This document shows positions 12,016 through 20,993 of a DNA stretch of 64,000 bases, in pieces. The notes beneath the pieces were generated by a model that did not search any database, had not been told where the DNA came from, and saw nothing but the letters and a program-made list of their open reading frames with translations. The first letter of the stretch is position 1. Each line of letters starts with the position of its first letter. The position numbers and the translations under genes are program-made. The stretch spans positions 1,361 through 65,360 of the forward strand of contig JAMXLJ010000081.1 in assembly GCA_024281095.1 (NCBI GenBank), written 5' to 3'. This DNA is from Acidimicrobiia bacterium. GTDB taxonomy: Bacteria; Actinomycetota; Acidimicrobiia; IMCC26256; JAMXLJ01.

Positions 12016-13044
12016 TCAGCTGCCGGCTTCGAGCAGCTCCCAGCGCGACGGCTCGCCCTGTACCTCCCGCACGAGACCGCGGTGTTCGAGCGCGCGCAGG
12101 TGGGCCAGTGCCTCACCGACCGCGGCGCGGCGCATGAACCCTTCGATGCGGTTCCACGGCCGCGACCATCCCATGCGCGACGCGATGTCCCAGGCGCTCG
12201 TGGAGCCGTCGCGGATGGCCGCGACGACTTCGGCGAAGCGGGCCTCGTGGTGTGCCCGCAGCTGCGCGAGCCGTTCCGACAGGCCGACGAAACGGTGCTC
12301 GTGCGCGGGCAGCACCTCGTCGGCGTCGTACGCCTCGAGCTTGTCGAGCGACCGCAAGTAGTCGCCGAGCGGGTCGGCACCGGCCTGCGGGTGGAACGGG
12401 ATGTTCGGAGTGATGCGCGGCAGCACGTGGTCGCCCGAGAGCATGAGGTCGAAGCCTGCCTCCCAGAAGCACAGATGCCCGGGCGAGTGGCCGGGCGTCC
12501 AGATCGCGGCGAGGTCGAAGCCCGGCACCTCCGGCTTGTCACCGTCCTCGACGAGCACGTCGGGCCGCACCGACTCCACGAGCGGCAGCACGGGCATCGA
12601 CGCGTTCTGCAGCGTGGCCAATTCCTCCGGCGGCGCGCCCATGCGCCGCAACATCGCGCCCACCCGCTCGAGCAGGTCGGCCGGCTCCTCGTATCTGTCG
12701 TGGATCAGCGCGGCGTCAGCGGGATGCAGCGCGATCCACGCACCCGACACGTCGCGAACGCGACCGGCAAGGCCGTAGTGATCGGGGTGGATGTGCGTGA
12801 CCATGACGCCCTGCACCTCGGCGACGTCGGAACCCAACTGGCGCATGCCCGCCGAGAGTGCGGCGAATGCGTCGTCGGTGTTCCATCCTGCGTCGACGAG
12901 GTACGGGCCGCGGTCGGTCTCGAAGACGTAGACGAACACGTACCGCAGCGAGTTGTTCGGCAGCGGCACGGGAATGCTCCACAGCCCCGGCCGCACACGC
13001 TCCACCGGCGGCAGCGGGCCGAGCGAGCCGGCAGGAGGGACCAT
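12016..13044 (-). CDS. MBL-fold metallo-hydrolase with a C-terminal winged-helix-like tail
   Basis: Contains THIHPDHYG (the HxHxDH motif), TPGHSPGH and a later His/Asp ligand region. Confidence 0.85.
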   Translation of the reverse strand: MVPPAGSLGPLPPVERVRPGLWSIPVPLPNNSLRYVFVYVFETDRGPYLVDAGWNTDDAFAALSAGMRQLGSDVAEVQGVMVTHIHPDHYGLAGRVRDVSGAWIALHPADAALIHDRYEEPADLLERVGAMLRRMGAPPEELATLQNASMPVLPLVESVRPDVLVEDGDKPEVPGFDLAAIWTPGHSPGHLCFWEAGFDLMLSGDHVLPRITPNIPFHPQAGADPLGDYLRSLDKLEAYDADEVLPAHEHRFVGLSERLAQLRAHHEARFAEVVAAIRDGSTSAWDIASRMGWSRPWNRIEGFMRRAAVGEALAHLRALEHRGLVREVQGEPSRWELLEAGS

Positions 13045-13194
13045 GCCGTCAGCTTGTCACCGTGCGGTCGCCGGCCGCCAAGAACCCTGCCGACGTTGCG
13101 CCCGCGACACGTGGCCACCGCGTTCACGCGGCCGGACGGCCATACCGCGACCGGTGTCGGGCGTCCTAGCGTGCGCCCGTCGGGAGGAGACGAG

Positions 13195-13641
13195 ATGGGA
13201 GAGACCGCGGAGTTCGCCCTGTACGACGAGCGCGTCGCGGCGGGGCTCCAGGGCAGCGCGGCGGCCGGAGGGGGCCTCCCCGCGTTCCTCGACATCCATC
13301 ACTCGTCGGTCGGCCCCGGGACGCTCACCGCGCGGATCGAGACCAGGCCCGAGCTCATGACGCCGTTCGGCAATCTGCACGGCGGGGTGCTCGCGGCGCT
13401 GTGCGACCACGTGCTCGGCACCGTCTGCTACCCGGTGATCCCGCGCGGTGCATGGGCCGCGACGACCGAGTTCAAGGTGAACTACCTCGCGCCGGTGACG
13501 TCGGGCGCGTTGCAGGCGACGGCCACCATCGTCTCGATGACGAAGCGGACTGCGGTCGTGCGCATCGACGTCGTCAACGACGGCCGGCCGGTCTGCATGG
13601 CGCAAGGGACCGTTCTCATCATGGCCCCGAAAGGTGAATGA
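13195..13641 (+). CDS. PaaI-family hotdog thioesterase
   Basis: 148 aa with NLHGGVLAALCDHVLG followed by a beta-rich tail. The ATG follows GGGAGGAG. Confidence 0.8.
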   Translation: MGETAEFALYDERVAAGLQGSAAAGGGLPAFLDIHHSSVGPGTLTARIETRPELMTPFGNLHGGVLAALCDHVLGTVCYPVIPRGAWAATTEFKVNYLAPVTSGALQATATIVSMTKRTAVVRIDVVNDGRPVCMAQGTVLIMAPKGE

Positions 13642-13647
13642 GCCCCG

Positions 13648-14748
13648 ATGCGCGTCGTTCGCACGCTCGTGCTGCATGGCCCGCGCGACCTGCGCCGGTG
13701 CGCGCTCCCGTTCCCCGTGACCGGTGACGACGACGCGGTGCTGCGCGTGGAGGCATGCGGGTTGTGCGGCACCGACCACGAGCAGTTCACGGGCGAGCTG
13801 TTCCCCGGTTTCCCGTTCGTGCCGGGTCACGAGTCGGTCGGGGTCCTCGAACACGTCGGCGATGCGGCCGCGAGACGGTGGGGAGTCCGCACCGGCGATC
13901 GGGTCGCGGTCGAGGTCTTCCTGTCGTGCCGCGAGTGCGACGCATGCCGAGGCGGCGAGGCGCGCCGGTGTATCCGCCACGGCCTCGCCGACATGTACGG
14001 CTGCGTCCCGGTCGAGCGCGAACCGGGGTTGTGGGGCGGCTACTCGCAGTACCAGTACCTGGCTTCGGATTCTGTGCTGCTCCCGTTGCCGCCCGGACTC
14101 GAGCCCACCGTCGCGACGCTGTTCAACCCTGTGGGTGCCGGGATCCGGTGGGCGGTCACGGCACCCGGCACCTCTGCAGGCGATCTCGTGGCGGTGCTCG
14201 GACCGGGCGTGCGAGGGCTCTCCGCGTGCGCGGCGGCGAAGGAGGCCGGTGCGTCGTTCGTCATGGTCACCGGGCTGGGGCCGCGCGACGCTCCACGCCT
14301 CGAGGCGGCGCGCGACTTCGGCGCCGACGTGGTGGTCGACGTCGCGACGACCGATCCCGTCAGGGCGTTCCGTGACGCGACCGGTGGCGCGCTCGCCGAC
14401 GTCGTGGTCGACGTCACCGCGAAGGCGCCGGCCGCGTTCGCACAGTCGCTGAAGCTCGCACGGCCCGGCGGCACGGTGGCGGTTGCCGGCACCCGCGGCA
14501 CCGACGCGACGCCCGGATTTCATCCTGATCATCTCGTCTACAAGGAGTTGCGCATCGTCGGCTGCCTCGGCGTCGACACCGCGTCGTACCGCGCCGCGAT
14601 CGAGCTCATCGCGTCGCGGCGGTACCCGTTCCACTCGCTTCCCCGCCGCGTCACGGGTCTCGACGGGACGGCCGACCTGTTGCGGTCGATGGCCGGCGAG
14701 GCCGACGCTTCGCCGCCGGTGCACGCGGTCATCGCGCCCTGGGAATGA
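13648..14748 (+). CDS. zinc-dependent alcohol dehydrogenase family (MDR) oxidoreductase
   Basis: Contains CGLCGTDHE, GHESVG, a structural-zinc Cys cluster (CRECDACRGGEARRC) and the Rossmann motif VLGPGVRG. Confidence 0.85.
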   Translation: MRVVRTLVLHGPRDLRRCALPFPVTGDDDAVLRVEACGLCGTDHEQFTGELFPGFPFVPGHESVGVLEHVGDAAARRWGVRTGDRVAVEVFLSCRECDACRGGEARRCIRHGLADMYGCVPVEREPGLWGGYSQYQYLASDSVLLPLPPGLEPTVATLFNPVGAGIRWAVTAPGTSAGDLVAVLGPGVRGLSACAAAKEAGASFVMVTGLGPRDAPRLEAARDFGADVVVDVATTDPVRAFRDATGGALADVVVDVTAKAPAAFAQSLKLARPGGTVAVAGTRGTDATPGFHPDHLVYKELRIVGCLGVDTASYRAAIELIASRRYPFHSLPRRVTGLDGTADLLRSMAGEADASPPVHAVIAPWE

Positions 14749-14780
14749 CCGTCTCGACGCGAAATCCACACGGGGTCGGG

Positions 14781-15500
14781 TCAGTGTCGACGCGGCACCT
14801 CGCGCAGGTGCGGCGGGTCGACGTCGCGCACGTCCCGGGCCGAGAACAGTCTCGGGAGCTCGTAGCCGTCGGCCCGGCGGCGCAGGCGGTACCGGATGCC
14901 CTCCCCGTCGCGAACGACGTCGGCAACCTCGAACCCGCCGACCCAGTGGTCGCCGTCGAAGCGGCACCGCACCTCGACCCCGTCGAGCCGGATCACGTGA
15001 CCGGAAACGGCGGGATGCTCCGGCGGGATCTCCCGCGCCGGCGCGCTCTCGGAGGGCTCGGGCACCGGCGCGGCACCGGCCTCCACGTGACCACCGACGA
15101 CCTTGAGGCCGCCGGGCCGCTCCGGCGTGTCGGCGGTGGCCCCGGCGTCGAGCCTGTCGACGAGGCGCTCCGACAGGTCCGCGACGGCGTCGAGCAGGGC
15201 CATGCGTTCGGCCCGGTTCAACTGCACCGTCTGCACCGCGAGGTCGCACGTCTGCCCGACCCGGTCCAACGCCCGCTCGAACTCGGCCACCCGCGCGCCG
15301 AGCTGCGATCCGACGTCGCCGAGCTGGGCCAGCGCGCCGGTCTCCGCGTGTTCGCGGGCCTCGAGGCGCGTCTGCAGTCGCTCGTCGAGCTGCGCGAGCA
15401 CCTCCTCGAGCGCGGCGCGCATCTCGGATCGTGTGGTGTCGAGCTCGGCCCGGACCGCCGCCAGCAGCTCCGAGCGCGCCCGCTTCCGTCCGAGTCCCAT
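14781..15500 (-). CDS. hypothetical protein: N-terminal coiled coil plus a small C-terminal VEVR..W..GFE..YRLRR domain
   Basis: ATG at 15500. The first ~115 aa are heptad-like and Ala/Leu/Glu-rich. The C-terminal domain has a paralogue at 33364-33585. Confidence 0.55.
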   Translation of the reverse strand: MGLGRKRARSELLAAVRAELDTTRSEMRAALEEVLAQLDERLQTRLEAREHAETGALAQLGDVGSQLGARVAEFERALDRVGQTCDLAVQTVQLNRAERMALLDAVADLSERLVDRLDAGATADTPERPGGLKVVGGHVEAGAAPVPEPSESAPAREIPPEHPAVSGHVIRLDGVEVRCRFDGDHWVGGFEVADVVRDGEGIRYRLRRRADGYELPRLFSARDVRDVDPPHLREVPRRH

Positions 15501-15795
15501 CAGGTGCCCGCCTCTACTGCCGGCCCGACGCGAGGAACGCGAGGAACGTGTGCCGGGCCGCAACCGCCCGACACGCACAACCATGTCCGGCGACCCTACG
15601 CCCGTGTGCACGATCTGGCGCGGCACACCGGGGTTGCAACCGCGTGAACGCCAACCGGGCGCCACGCCCCGGGACCGTGCGGCCGCGTCCCGTCGTCGGC
15701 GCTGCCCGAGTCTCCTGGGAACGACAGGTGACGCGGGCCTATCGTGAGCACCCGAAGCGCACGCCGATCGGAGCGGCACCCGGGGGGAGAAGCCG

Positions 15796-18258
15796 ATGCA
15801 GAGGTTCTGGTCCAACCTCGCCGTTCAACTCGGCAAGCGGGCCGGCCTGGTCTCGGTCGTAGGTCTCATCGTCACGGTCGCTCTAGGTCTCGGGATCGCG
15901 AACCTGAAGTTCCAGACCGGCCAGGACAGCTACCTCAACAAAGGCGAGCGCGTCTACAAGGACAACGTCGTCTACCAACGCCTCTTCGGCGGTCAGGCGA
16001 TGCTCACCGTGATCACGGCCAAGCCGGGGCACACCGTGGACGAGCTGCTCGACGCGGCCGGGCAGCAGAAGCTGACCGCGCTGCACGACAAGCTCGTGGC
16101 GAGCGGGCAGCTGCACGGCGTGATCACGCCGGTCACGATCCTCGAGTTCTCCGACCGGCTCGTCGCCTCGCCCAACGGCGACCCGACACAGAGCGTCGCC
16201 GCCAAGGCGCTGTTGACCGCGCAGGCCAAGGAGCCACCCGGGTCGCCCGGCGCGGCCGCCCGCGGCAAGGACGCCACCACGACGCTCACGCGACTCAACG
16301 CGATCCCGCCCGCACAGCGAACGCTGCAAAACCCCGAGTGGGTGAAGTTCCTCCTCTACGACAACCAGGGCAAGATCCGCAAGCCGCTGCGATCGTTCAT
16401 CCTCGACGACCGCCACATGCAGGTCATCACGCGCCTTCAGGGCAACGAGTCGATCGACAAGGAAGGCGCGGTCGCGACCTTCGTGAAGCGCGAGGCCGAC
16501 AAGGTCACGTTCCCGAACGCGACGACGGTGACGACCGGCTCGTCGATGCTCCTGAAGGACATCAACGACTATCTGCGCGGCGGCATGTTGACCCTCGGCG
16601 CGATCGCGGTGGCGATCATGACGCTCATCCTGCTCGTGCTCTTCGACGTGCGGTGGCGCCTCCTGCCCCTCGCCGTCATCCTCGTCGGCGTCGTGTGGGC
16701 CTTCGGCCTTGCGGGGTATCTCGGCATCCCGTTGACGATCGTCACCATCGCCGGCCTGCCGGTCATGCTCGGGATCGGCATCGACTACGCGATCCAGATG
16801 CACGCCCGCGTCGAGGAGGAAGCCGTGATCGGGCGGGCCGATCACCCGATCCAGGAGACCGCCCGCAACCTCGGGCCCGCACTGCTCGTCGTCACGTTCG
16901 ACGCCATCTTCGCCTTCTGCGCGCTGCGCTTCGCGAAGACGCCGATGCTGCGCGACTTCGGGCTGCTGCTCGCGGTCGGCATCGCGGTCATCTGTCTGTG
17001 CTCGATCATCCTTCCCCTCGCGATCCTCGGGATCCGCGAGTTCAAGTCGCCGACGCGCACGGGCGACTACAGCGAGGGGCCGCTCGGCCGGTTCGTGGTC
17101 TGGCTCGGCGGCATCCCGGCGCGCGCGGCCGTGTTCCTCGCGGTCGCCAGCGTCATCGTCTTCATCGCCGGAGCCCTGGTCGAGGACAAGCTCGTGCTCC
17201 AGACGGATCCCATCCAGTGGGTCAACCCGCACGCGCAGACGACCAAGGACATCCACGAAGTCGAGCACCAGGCCGGCGGCACGAGCGAGCTCGGCGTCTA
17301 CGTCACGAGCCACGACGTCTTCACCGACGAATTCGTCGCCTTCGCGCACCGGTTCACCGCGCAACAGCTCGCCAAGTACCCGGGAAGGCTGCTCACCGGA
17401 TCGAGCATCGAGACCGCAGTCGGCGATCTGATCGACGACATCCCGGGCGCGACCGATATCCCGCCGACGGGGGCGGACGTCCGCGCCGCGTTCGACGCCG
17501 CGCCCCGCGACCTCCAGTTGTCGTCGGTGAGCGCCAACAACAGTGCATTCAACATCGTGCTGCGCACCGGCCCCGGGTCGCTCGACCTGCGTGCCCCGAT
17601 CGTGCGCGAGATACGCAACGACACGCGCGCACCCGCCGGTATCCGAGCGACACCGTCGGGGCTCGCGGTCGTCGGCGTCGGTCTGCTCGACAACCTCAAG
17701 GCGAACCGCGTGCTCCTCACCTATCTCGCGGTGCTGTTCGTCTTCCTCTTCCTCGCAGTTCGGTTGCGATCCGTGATCCGGTCCCTGTTGTCACTGGTAC
17801 CGGTCGGCATCGCGGTGGGCACCGCGTCGCTGGTCGCGTACGGGTTGAGCCTCAAGCTCAGCCCGATGACCGCGGTCGGCGGCCCGCTCGTCGTCGCCGC
17901 GTGCACGGAATTCACCTCGCTGATCCTGCTGCGCTTCGTCGAGGAGCGGCGGCGCGGCTTCGAGCCGCGTGAGGCGGTCGACATCGCCGCCTCGCGCACG
18001 GGCCGCGCGTTCGTCGTGTCGGCGCTCACTGCGATCGTCGGCGTGGCCGTGCTCTCCTTCTCGTCATTGCCGTTGCTGCGCGACTTCGGGCGCATTGTCG
18101 CGATGAACGTCTTCGTCGCGCTGTTGAGCGCGCTGGTCATCCTTCCGCCGATGCTCGTGTGGGCCGACAAGCGCAACTGGGTGTCGCGCGGGTTGATCAA
18201 GCCCGAGGAGCCGTTCATCCCGACGCCGCCGGCGGGAACGCCACAGACGGTTCGCTGA
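15796..18258 (+). CDS. MMPL/RND-superfamily membrane transporter
   Basis: 820 aa arranged as two modules, each one TM helix plus a large loop plus a 5-TM bundle. Sequence stretches typical of MMPL/HpnN-type exporters include GIDYAIQM and FSSLPLLRDFG. Confidence 0.85.
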   Translation: MQRFWSNLAVQLGKRAGLVSVVGLIVTVALGLGIANLKFQTGQDSYLNKGERVYKDNVVYQRLFGGQAMLTVITAKPGHTVDELLDAAGQQKLTALHDKLVASGQLHGVITPVTILEFSDRLVASPNGDPTQSVAAKALLTAQAKEPPGSPGAAARGKDATTTLTRLNAIPPAQRTLQNPEWVKFLLYDNQGKIRKPLRSFILDDRHMQVITRLQGNESIDKEGAVATFVKREADKVTFPNATTVTTGSSMLLKDINDYLRGGMLTLGAIAVAIMTLILLVLFDVRWRLLPLAVILVGVVWAFGLAGYLGIPLTIVTIAGLPVMLGIGIDYAIQMHARVEEEAVIGRADHPIQETARNLGPALLVVTFDAIFAFCALRFAKTPMLRDFGLLLAVGIAVICLCSIILPLAILGIREFKSPTRTGDYSEGPLGRFVVWLGGIPARAAVFLAVASVIVFIAGALVEDKLVLQTDPIQWVNPHAQTTKDIHEVEHQAGGTSELGVYVTSHDVFTDEFVAFAHRFTAQQLAKYPGRLLTGSSIETAVGDLIDDIPGATDIPPTGADVRAAFDAAPRDLQLSSVSANNSAFNIVLRTGPGSLDLRAPIVREIRNDTRAPAGIRATPSGLAVVGVGLLDNLKANRVLLTYLAVLFVFLFLAVRLRSVIRSLLSLVPVGIAVGTASLVAYGLSLKLSPMTAVGGPLVVAACTEFTSLILLRFVEERRRGFEPREAVDIAASRTGRAFVVSALTAIVGVAVLSFSSLPLLRDFGRIVAMNVFVALLSALVILPPMLVWADKRNWVSRGLIKPEEPFIPTPPAGTPQTVR

Positions 18259-18312
18259 CACCCCGCGGCATACGGAGAAGGATTTCCGGGTACCCTGCGG
18301 TCCAATTGGGGT

Positions 18313-18344
18313 CGGGCGCGCGTGCCGCAGGCCGCGCGCCGTTT
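18313..18344 (+). terminator. candidate intrinsic terminator after the MMPL gene
   Basis: GGGCGCGCG - 10 nt loop - CGCGCGCC, followed by GTTTGC. Confidence 0.4.
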
Positions 18345-18361
18345 GCAAAGGGGCAAAGACA

Positions 18362-19279
18362 TTGGGGTCACTCTCGCTTCGGCGGTTCGGTTCGCGCGCG
18401 CTCTTCGGAGCGCTGTTTGCGGCGGTACTCGGGTTCGCCGGGCTCGGCACACCGAGCCCGGCGGGAGCCGTGGCACCGCCCGGGTCCGAAGGTGTGGTCG
18501 TCGACGGGTGGGGCGGGCTGCACGTCGTCAGCTACGGCACGAGCCCGACCATCAACAGCTTCACTTCGGTCGACTACTGGAAGGGTTGGGACATCGTGCG
18601 TGGGGTCGCGCTGCGCGCCGCGAACCCGACGACGTGCGCGTCGTTCGGCGGCTACACGCTCGACGGTTGGGGCGGCCTTCATCCGTTCGGCATCAACGGC
18701 AGTGCGCCGCCGTCGAAGCCGACCGACGGGCCCTATTGGAAGGGTTGGGACATCGCGCGCAACGTCGCGCTCGTTCCCGTGAACCCGCGCAACGCCGACA
18801 GCCCGCCCGCGGGCGGCTTCGTGCTCGACGGATTCGGCGGTCTCCACTACTTCACGATCGACGCCACCGCGCCGGCGCCCGTCGTCACCGGCGGCCCGTA
18901 CTGGCCCGGCTGGGACATCGCGCGCGGCGTGATCATCCTGACCGACCCGACACAGCCGACGACCGCGCTCGCGTACCGCGGCGGATACGTCATCGACGCG
19001 TGGGGCGGCATGCACCCGTTCGCGGTCAACGGCCGGTCGCCTGACCCGGTCACCAGCTCGTCCTACTGGCCCGGCTGGCAGATCGTCCGCGGCGGCACCG
19101 CGCTGCCCGGGTCGAACGTCAACGGCGGCTTCACCCTGGACGCCTGGGGCGCGGTGCACCCGTTCGTCCTCGGGTCCGGGCCGGGGCCGTCGGTGTCCCA
19201 GGTGAGCGGCGGCTTCTACGCGCCGGGCTGGGACATCGCCCGAGGAATCTCGATGAAGCAGAAGAAGGTCTGCCCGTAG
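18362..19279 (+). CDS. secreted protein made of five ~53-aa repeats (DGWGGLHPF ... YWxGWDIARG)
   Basis: Signal peptide ending PAGA. The DGWGG-type motif occurs at residues 48, 101, 156, 212 and 260. The GWDI(A/V)R motif occurs at residues 75, 128, 183, 238 and 289. The start is TTG, after AAAGGGG. Confidence 0.75.
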   Translation: MGSLSLRRFGSRALFGALFAAVLGFAGLGTPSPAGAVAPPGSEGVVVDGWGGLHVVSYGTSPTINSFTSVDYWKGWDIVRGVALRAANPTTCASFGGYTLDGWGGLHPFGINGSAPPSKPTDGPYWKGWDIARNVALVPVNPRNADSPPAGGFVLDGFGGLHYFTIDATAPAPVVTGGPYWPGWDIARGVIILTDPTQPTTALAYRGGYVIDAWGGMHPFAVNGRSPDPVTSSSYWPGWQIVRGGTALPGSNVNGGFTLDAWGAVHPFVLGSGPGPSVSQVSGGFYAPGWDIARGISMKQKKVCP

Positions 19280-19315
19280 CCCACGCCCGCCTGGGCAACG
19301 CGAAGCTGGAGGAAC

Positions 19316-19339
19316 GCGCGAGCCCCGAAGGGCTCGCGC
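19316..19339 (+). terminator. strong GC hairpin after the repeat-protein gene
   Basis: GCGCGAGCCC-CGAA-GGGCTCGCGC is a perfect 10-bp stem with a tetraloop, 37 nt after the stop codon. The downstream tail is only weakly T-rich. Confidence 0.55.
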
Positions 19340-19413
19340 ATTCCTAACATTTCGCACACGTGGCCCCAACCTTCGCGGCGCAGCGTTGTCACAGGCGCTC
19401 GTCAGGAGGAGCG

Positions 19414-20880
19414 ATGCGATCTCGGCACTCACGCGCCGTCGCGGTCGGCGCGGTGGTCACCATCGCGGCATTGGCCGTGACCGCCTGCACCGGCGGCAGT
19501 GGCAAGGGCGCACGGAGCAGCGCGACGACGCGGGCTCCGTCGCAGGCGGCCGGCATCCAGGCCATCCGTCACATCGTCGTCATCATGCAGGAGAACCGGT
19601 CGTTCGACTCCTACTTCGGGACGTTCCCCGGCGCCGACGGCATCCCGATGCGTGACGGCGTCCCGACCGTGTGCATTCCCGACCCCGCGCGCGGCTCGTG
19701 CGCCCGGCCCTCGGTAGACCACGCCGACGTCAACGGAGGCGGCCCCCACAGCGAGGCCAACGCGGTCGCCGACGTGAACGGCGGGAAGATGGACGGCTTC
19801 ATCGGCCAAGCCGAGAGCGGACGCCGCGGCTGCCTCGACGTCACCAACCCCGCGTGTACGAACTCGGCGACGCCCGATGTCGTCGGCTACCACACCGGCT
19901 CCGACATCCCGAACTACTGGTCGTACGCACGGAACTTCGTGCTGCAGGACCACATGTTCGAGCCCAACGCGTCGTGGAGCCTGCCCGAGCACTTGTTCCA
20001 GGTGTCGGAGTGGTCGGCCAACTGCTCCCGACACGACGACCCGACCAGCTGTGTGAACGCGCTCCAGTCGCCGGGGCTGCCGCCCGACCAGGCCGCGCTG
20101 CGACGCAACGGCGCACCCGGACGACCGCCGATCTACGCGTGGACCGACTTGACGTACCTGCTGCACAAGAACAACGTCCCATGGGGCTATTACGTCGTCA
20201 CCGGCACGGAGCCCGACTGTCAGGACGACGCGGCGGTGTCGTGCGCGCCGGTGCGGCAGAACGCGCGCACACCGGGAATCTGGAATCCGCTGCCGTTCTT
20301 CGACACCGTCCGCCAGGACGGCGAGCTGCGCAACATCCAGACCGTCGACAACTTCTACGCGGCGGCCAAGAACGGAACACTGCCCGCGGTGTCGTGGATC
20401 GCGCCGTCGGGCGCGGTGAGCGAGCACCCGCCCGCGACCGTGAGCGCGGGCCAGTCGTACGTCACGAGCCTCGTGAACGCGGTGATGCGCAGCCCCGACT
20501 GGACCTCCACCGCGATCTTCCTCGCCTGGGACGACTGGGGAGGCTTCTACGACCACGTCGTGCCGCCGAAGGTGGACCAGAACGGTTACGGCCTGCGCGT
20601 ACCGGCCATCGTCATCAGCCCCTACGCGAAGAAGGGCTTCGTCGATCACCAGAGGTTGAGCTTCGACGCGTACGTGAAGTTCATCGAGGACGTGTTCCTG
20701 CACGGCCAGCGGCTCGATCCGCGCACCGACGGCCGTCCCGACCCGCGACCGACGGTGCGCGAGGACGTGAAGATCCTCGGCGACCTGGCCGCGGACTTCG
20801 ACTTCTCCCAGCCGCCGCAGCCACCCATGGTGCTGCCGGTACATCCCGCGACGACCCTGACCCGGCGCGGCGCCGGATAA
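19414..20880 (+). CDS. phosphoesterase-family enzyme (phospholipase C / acid phosphatase type), lipoprotein
   Basis: Contains [23 protein letters not shown] and a lipobox-like signal (LAVTAC). The ATG at 19414 follows AGGAGGA. Confidence 0.85.
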   Translation: MRSRHSRAVAVGAVVTIAALAVTACTGGSGKGARSSATTRAPSQAAGIQAIRHIVVIMQENRSFDSYFGTFPGADGIPMRDGVPTVCIPDPARGSCARPSVDHADVNGGGPHSEANAVADVNGGKMDGFIGQAESGRRGCLDVTNPACTNSATPDVVGYHTGSDIPNYWSYARNFVLQDHMFEPNASWSLPEHLFQVSEWSANCSRHDDPTSCVNALQSPGLPPDQAALRRNGAPGRPPIYAWTDLTYLLHKNNVPWGYYVVTGTEPDCQDDAAVSCAPVRQNARTPGIWNPLPFFDTVRQDGELRNIQTVDNFYAAAKNGTLPAVSWIAPSGAVSEHPPATVSAGQSYVTSLVNAVMRSPDWTSTAIFLAWDDWGGFYDHVVPPKVDQNGYGLRVPAIVISPYAKKGFVDHQRLSFDAYVKFIEDVFLHGQRLDPRTDGRPDPRPTVREDVKILGDLAADFDFSQPPQPPMVLPVHPATTLTRRGAG

Positions 20881-20993
20881 CCCTCGCTTCGCGCCCCCCG
20901 TGTAAGCAAGAGTTCACACCTGCGTCGACGCGATGCCGGCGCACGGCCACGTCGGGCGGGCAGACGATTCGTCGTCGACCAGGGGGACGTCAC

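Noticed and set aside
15531-15548. Tandem 9-mer CGAGGAACG x2 in the intergenic region upstream of the MMPL gene.
   Set aside because: There are only two copies of a short GC-rich unit and no symmetry or positional argument for function.
19671-20993. N-terminal extensions of real genes suggested by the ORF track. Examples: 19671-20993, 5789-6088, 7263-7427, 12082-13194, 46243-46497, 51707-53233, 53138-53602, 59763-60182, 62135-62500, 63271-63534.
   Set aside because: The extensions overlap the preceding gene or are Arg-rich nonsense. An internal start with a Shine-Dalgarno-like sequence coincides with the beginning of the recognisable domain or signal peptide.
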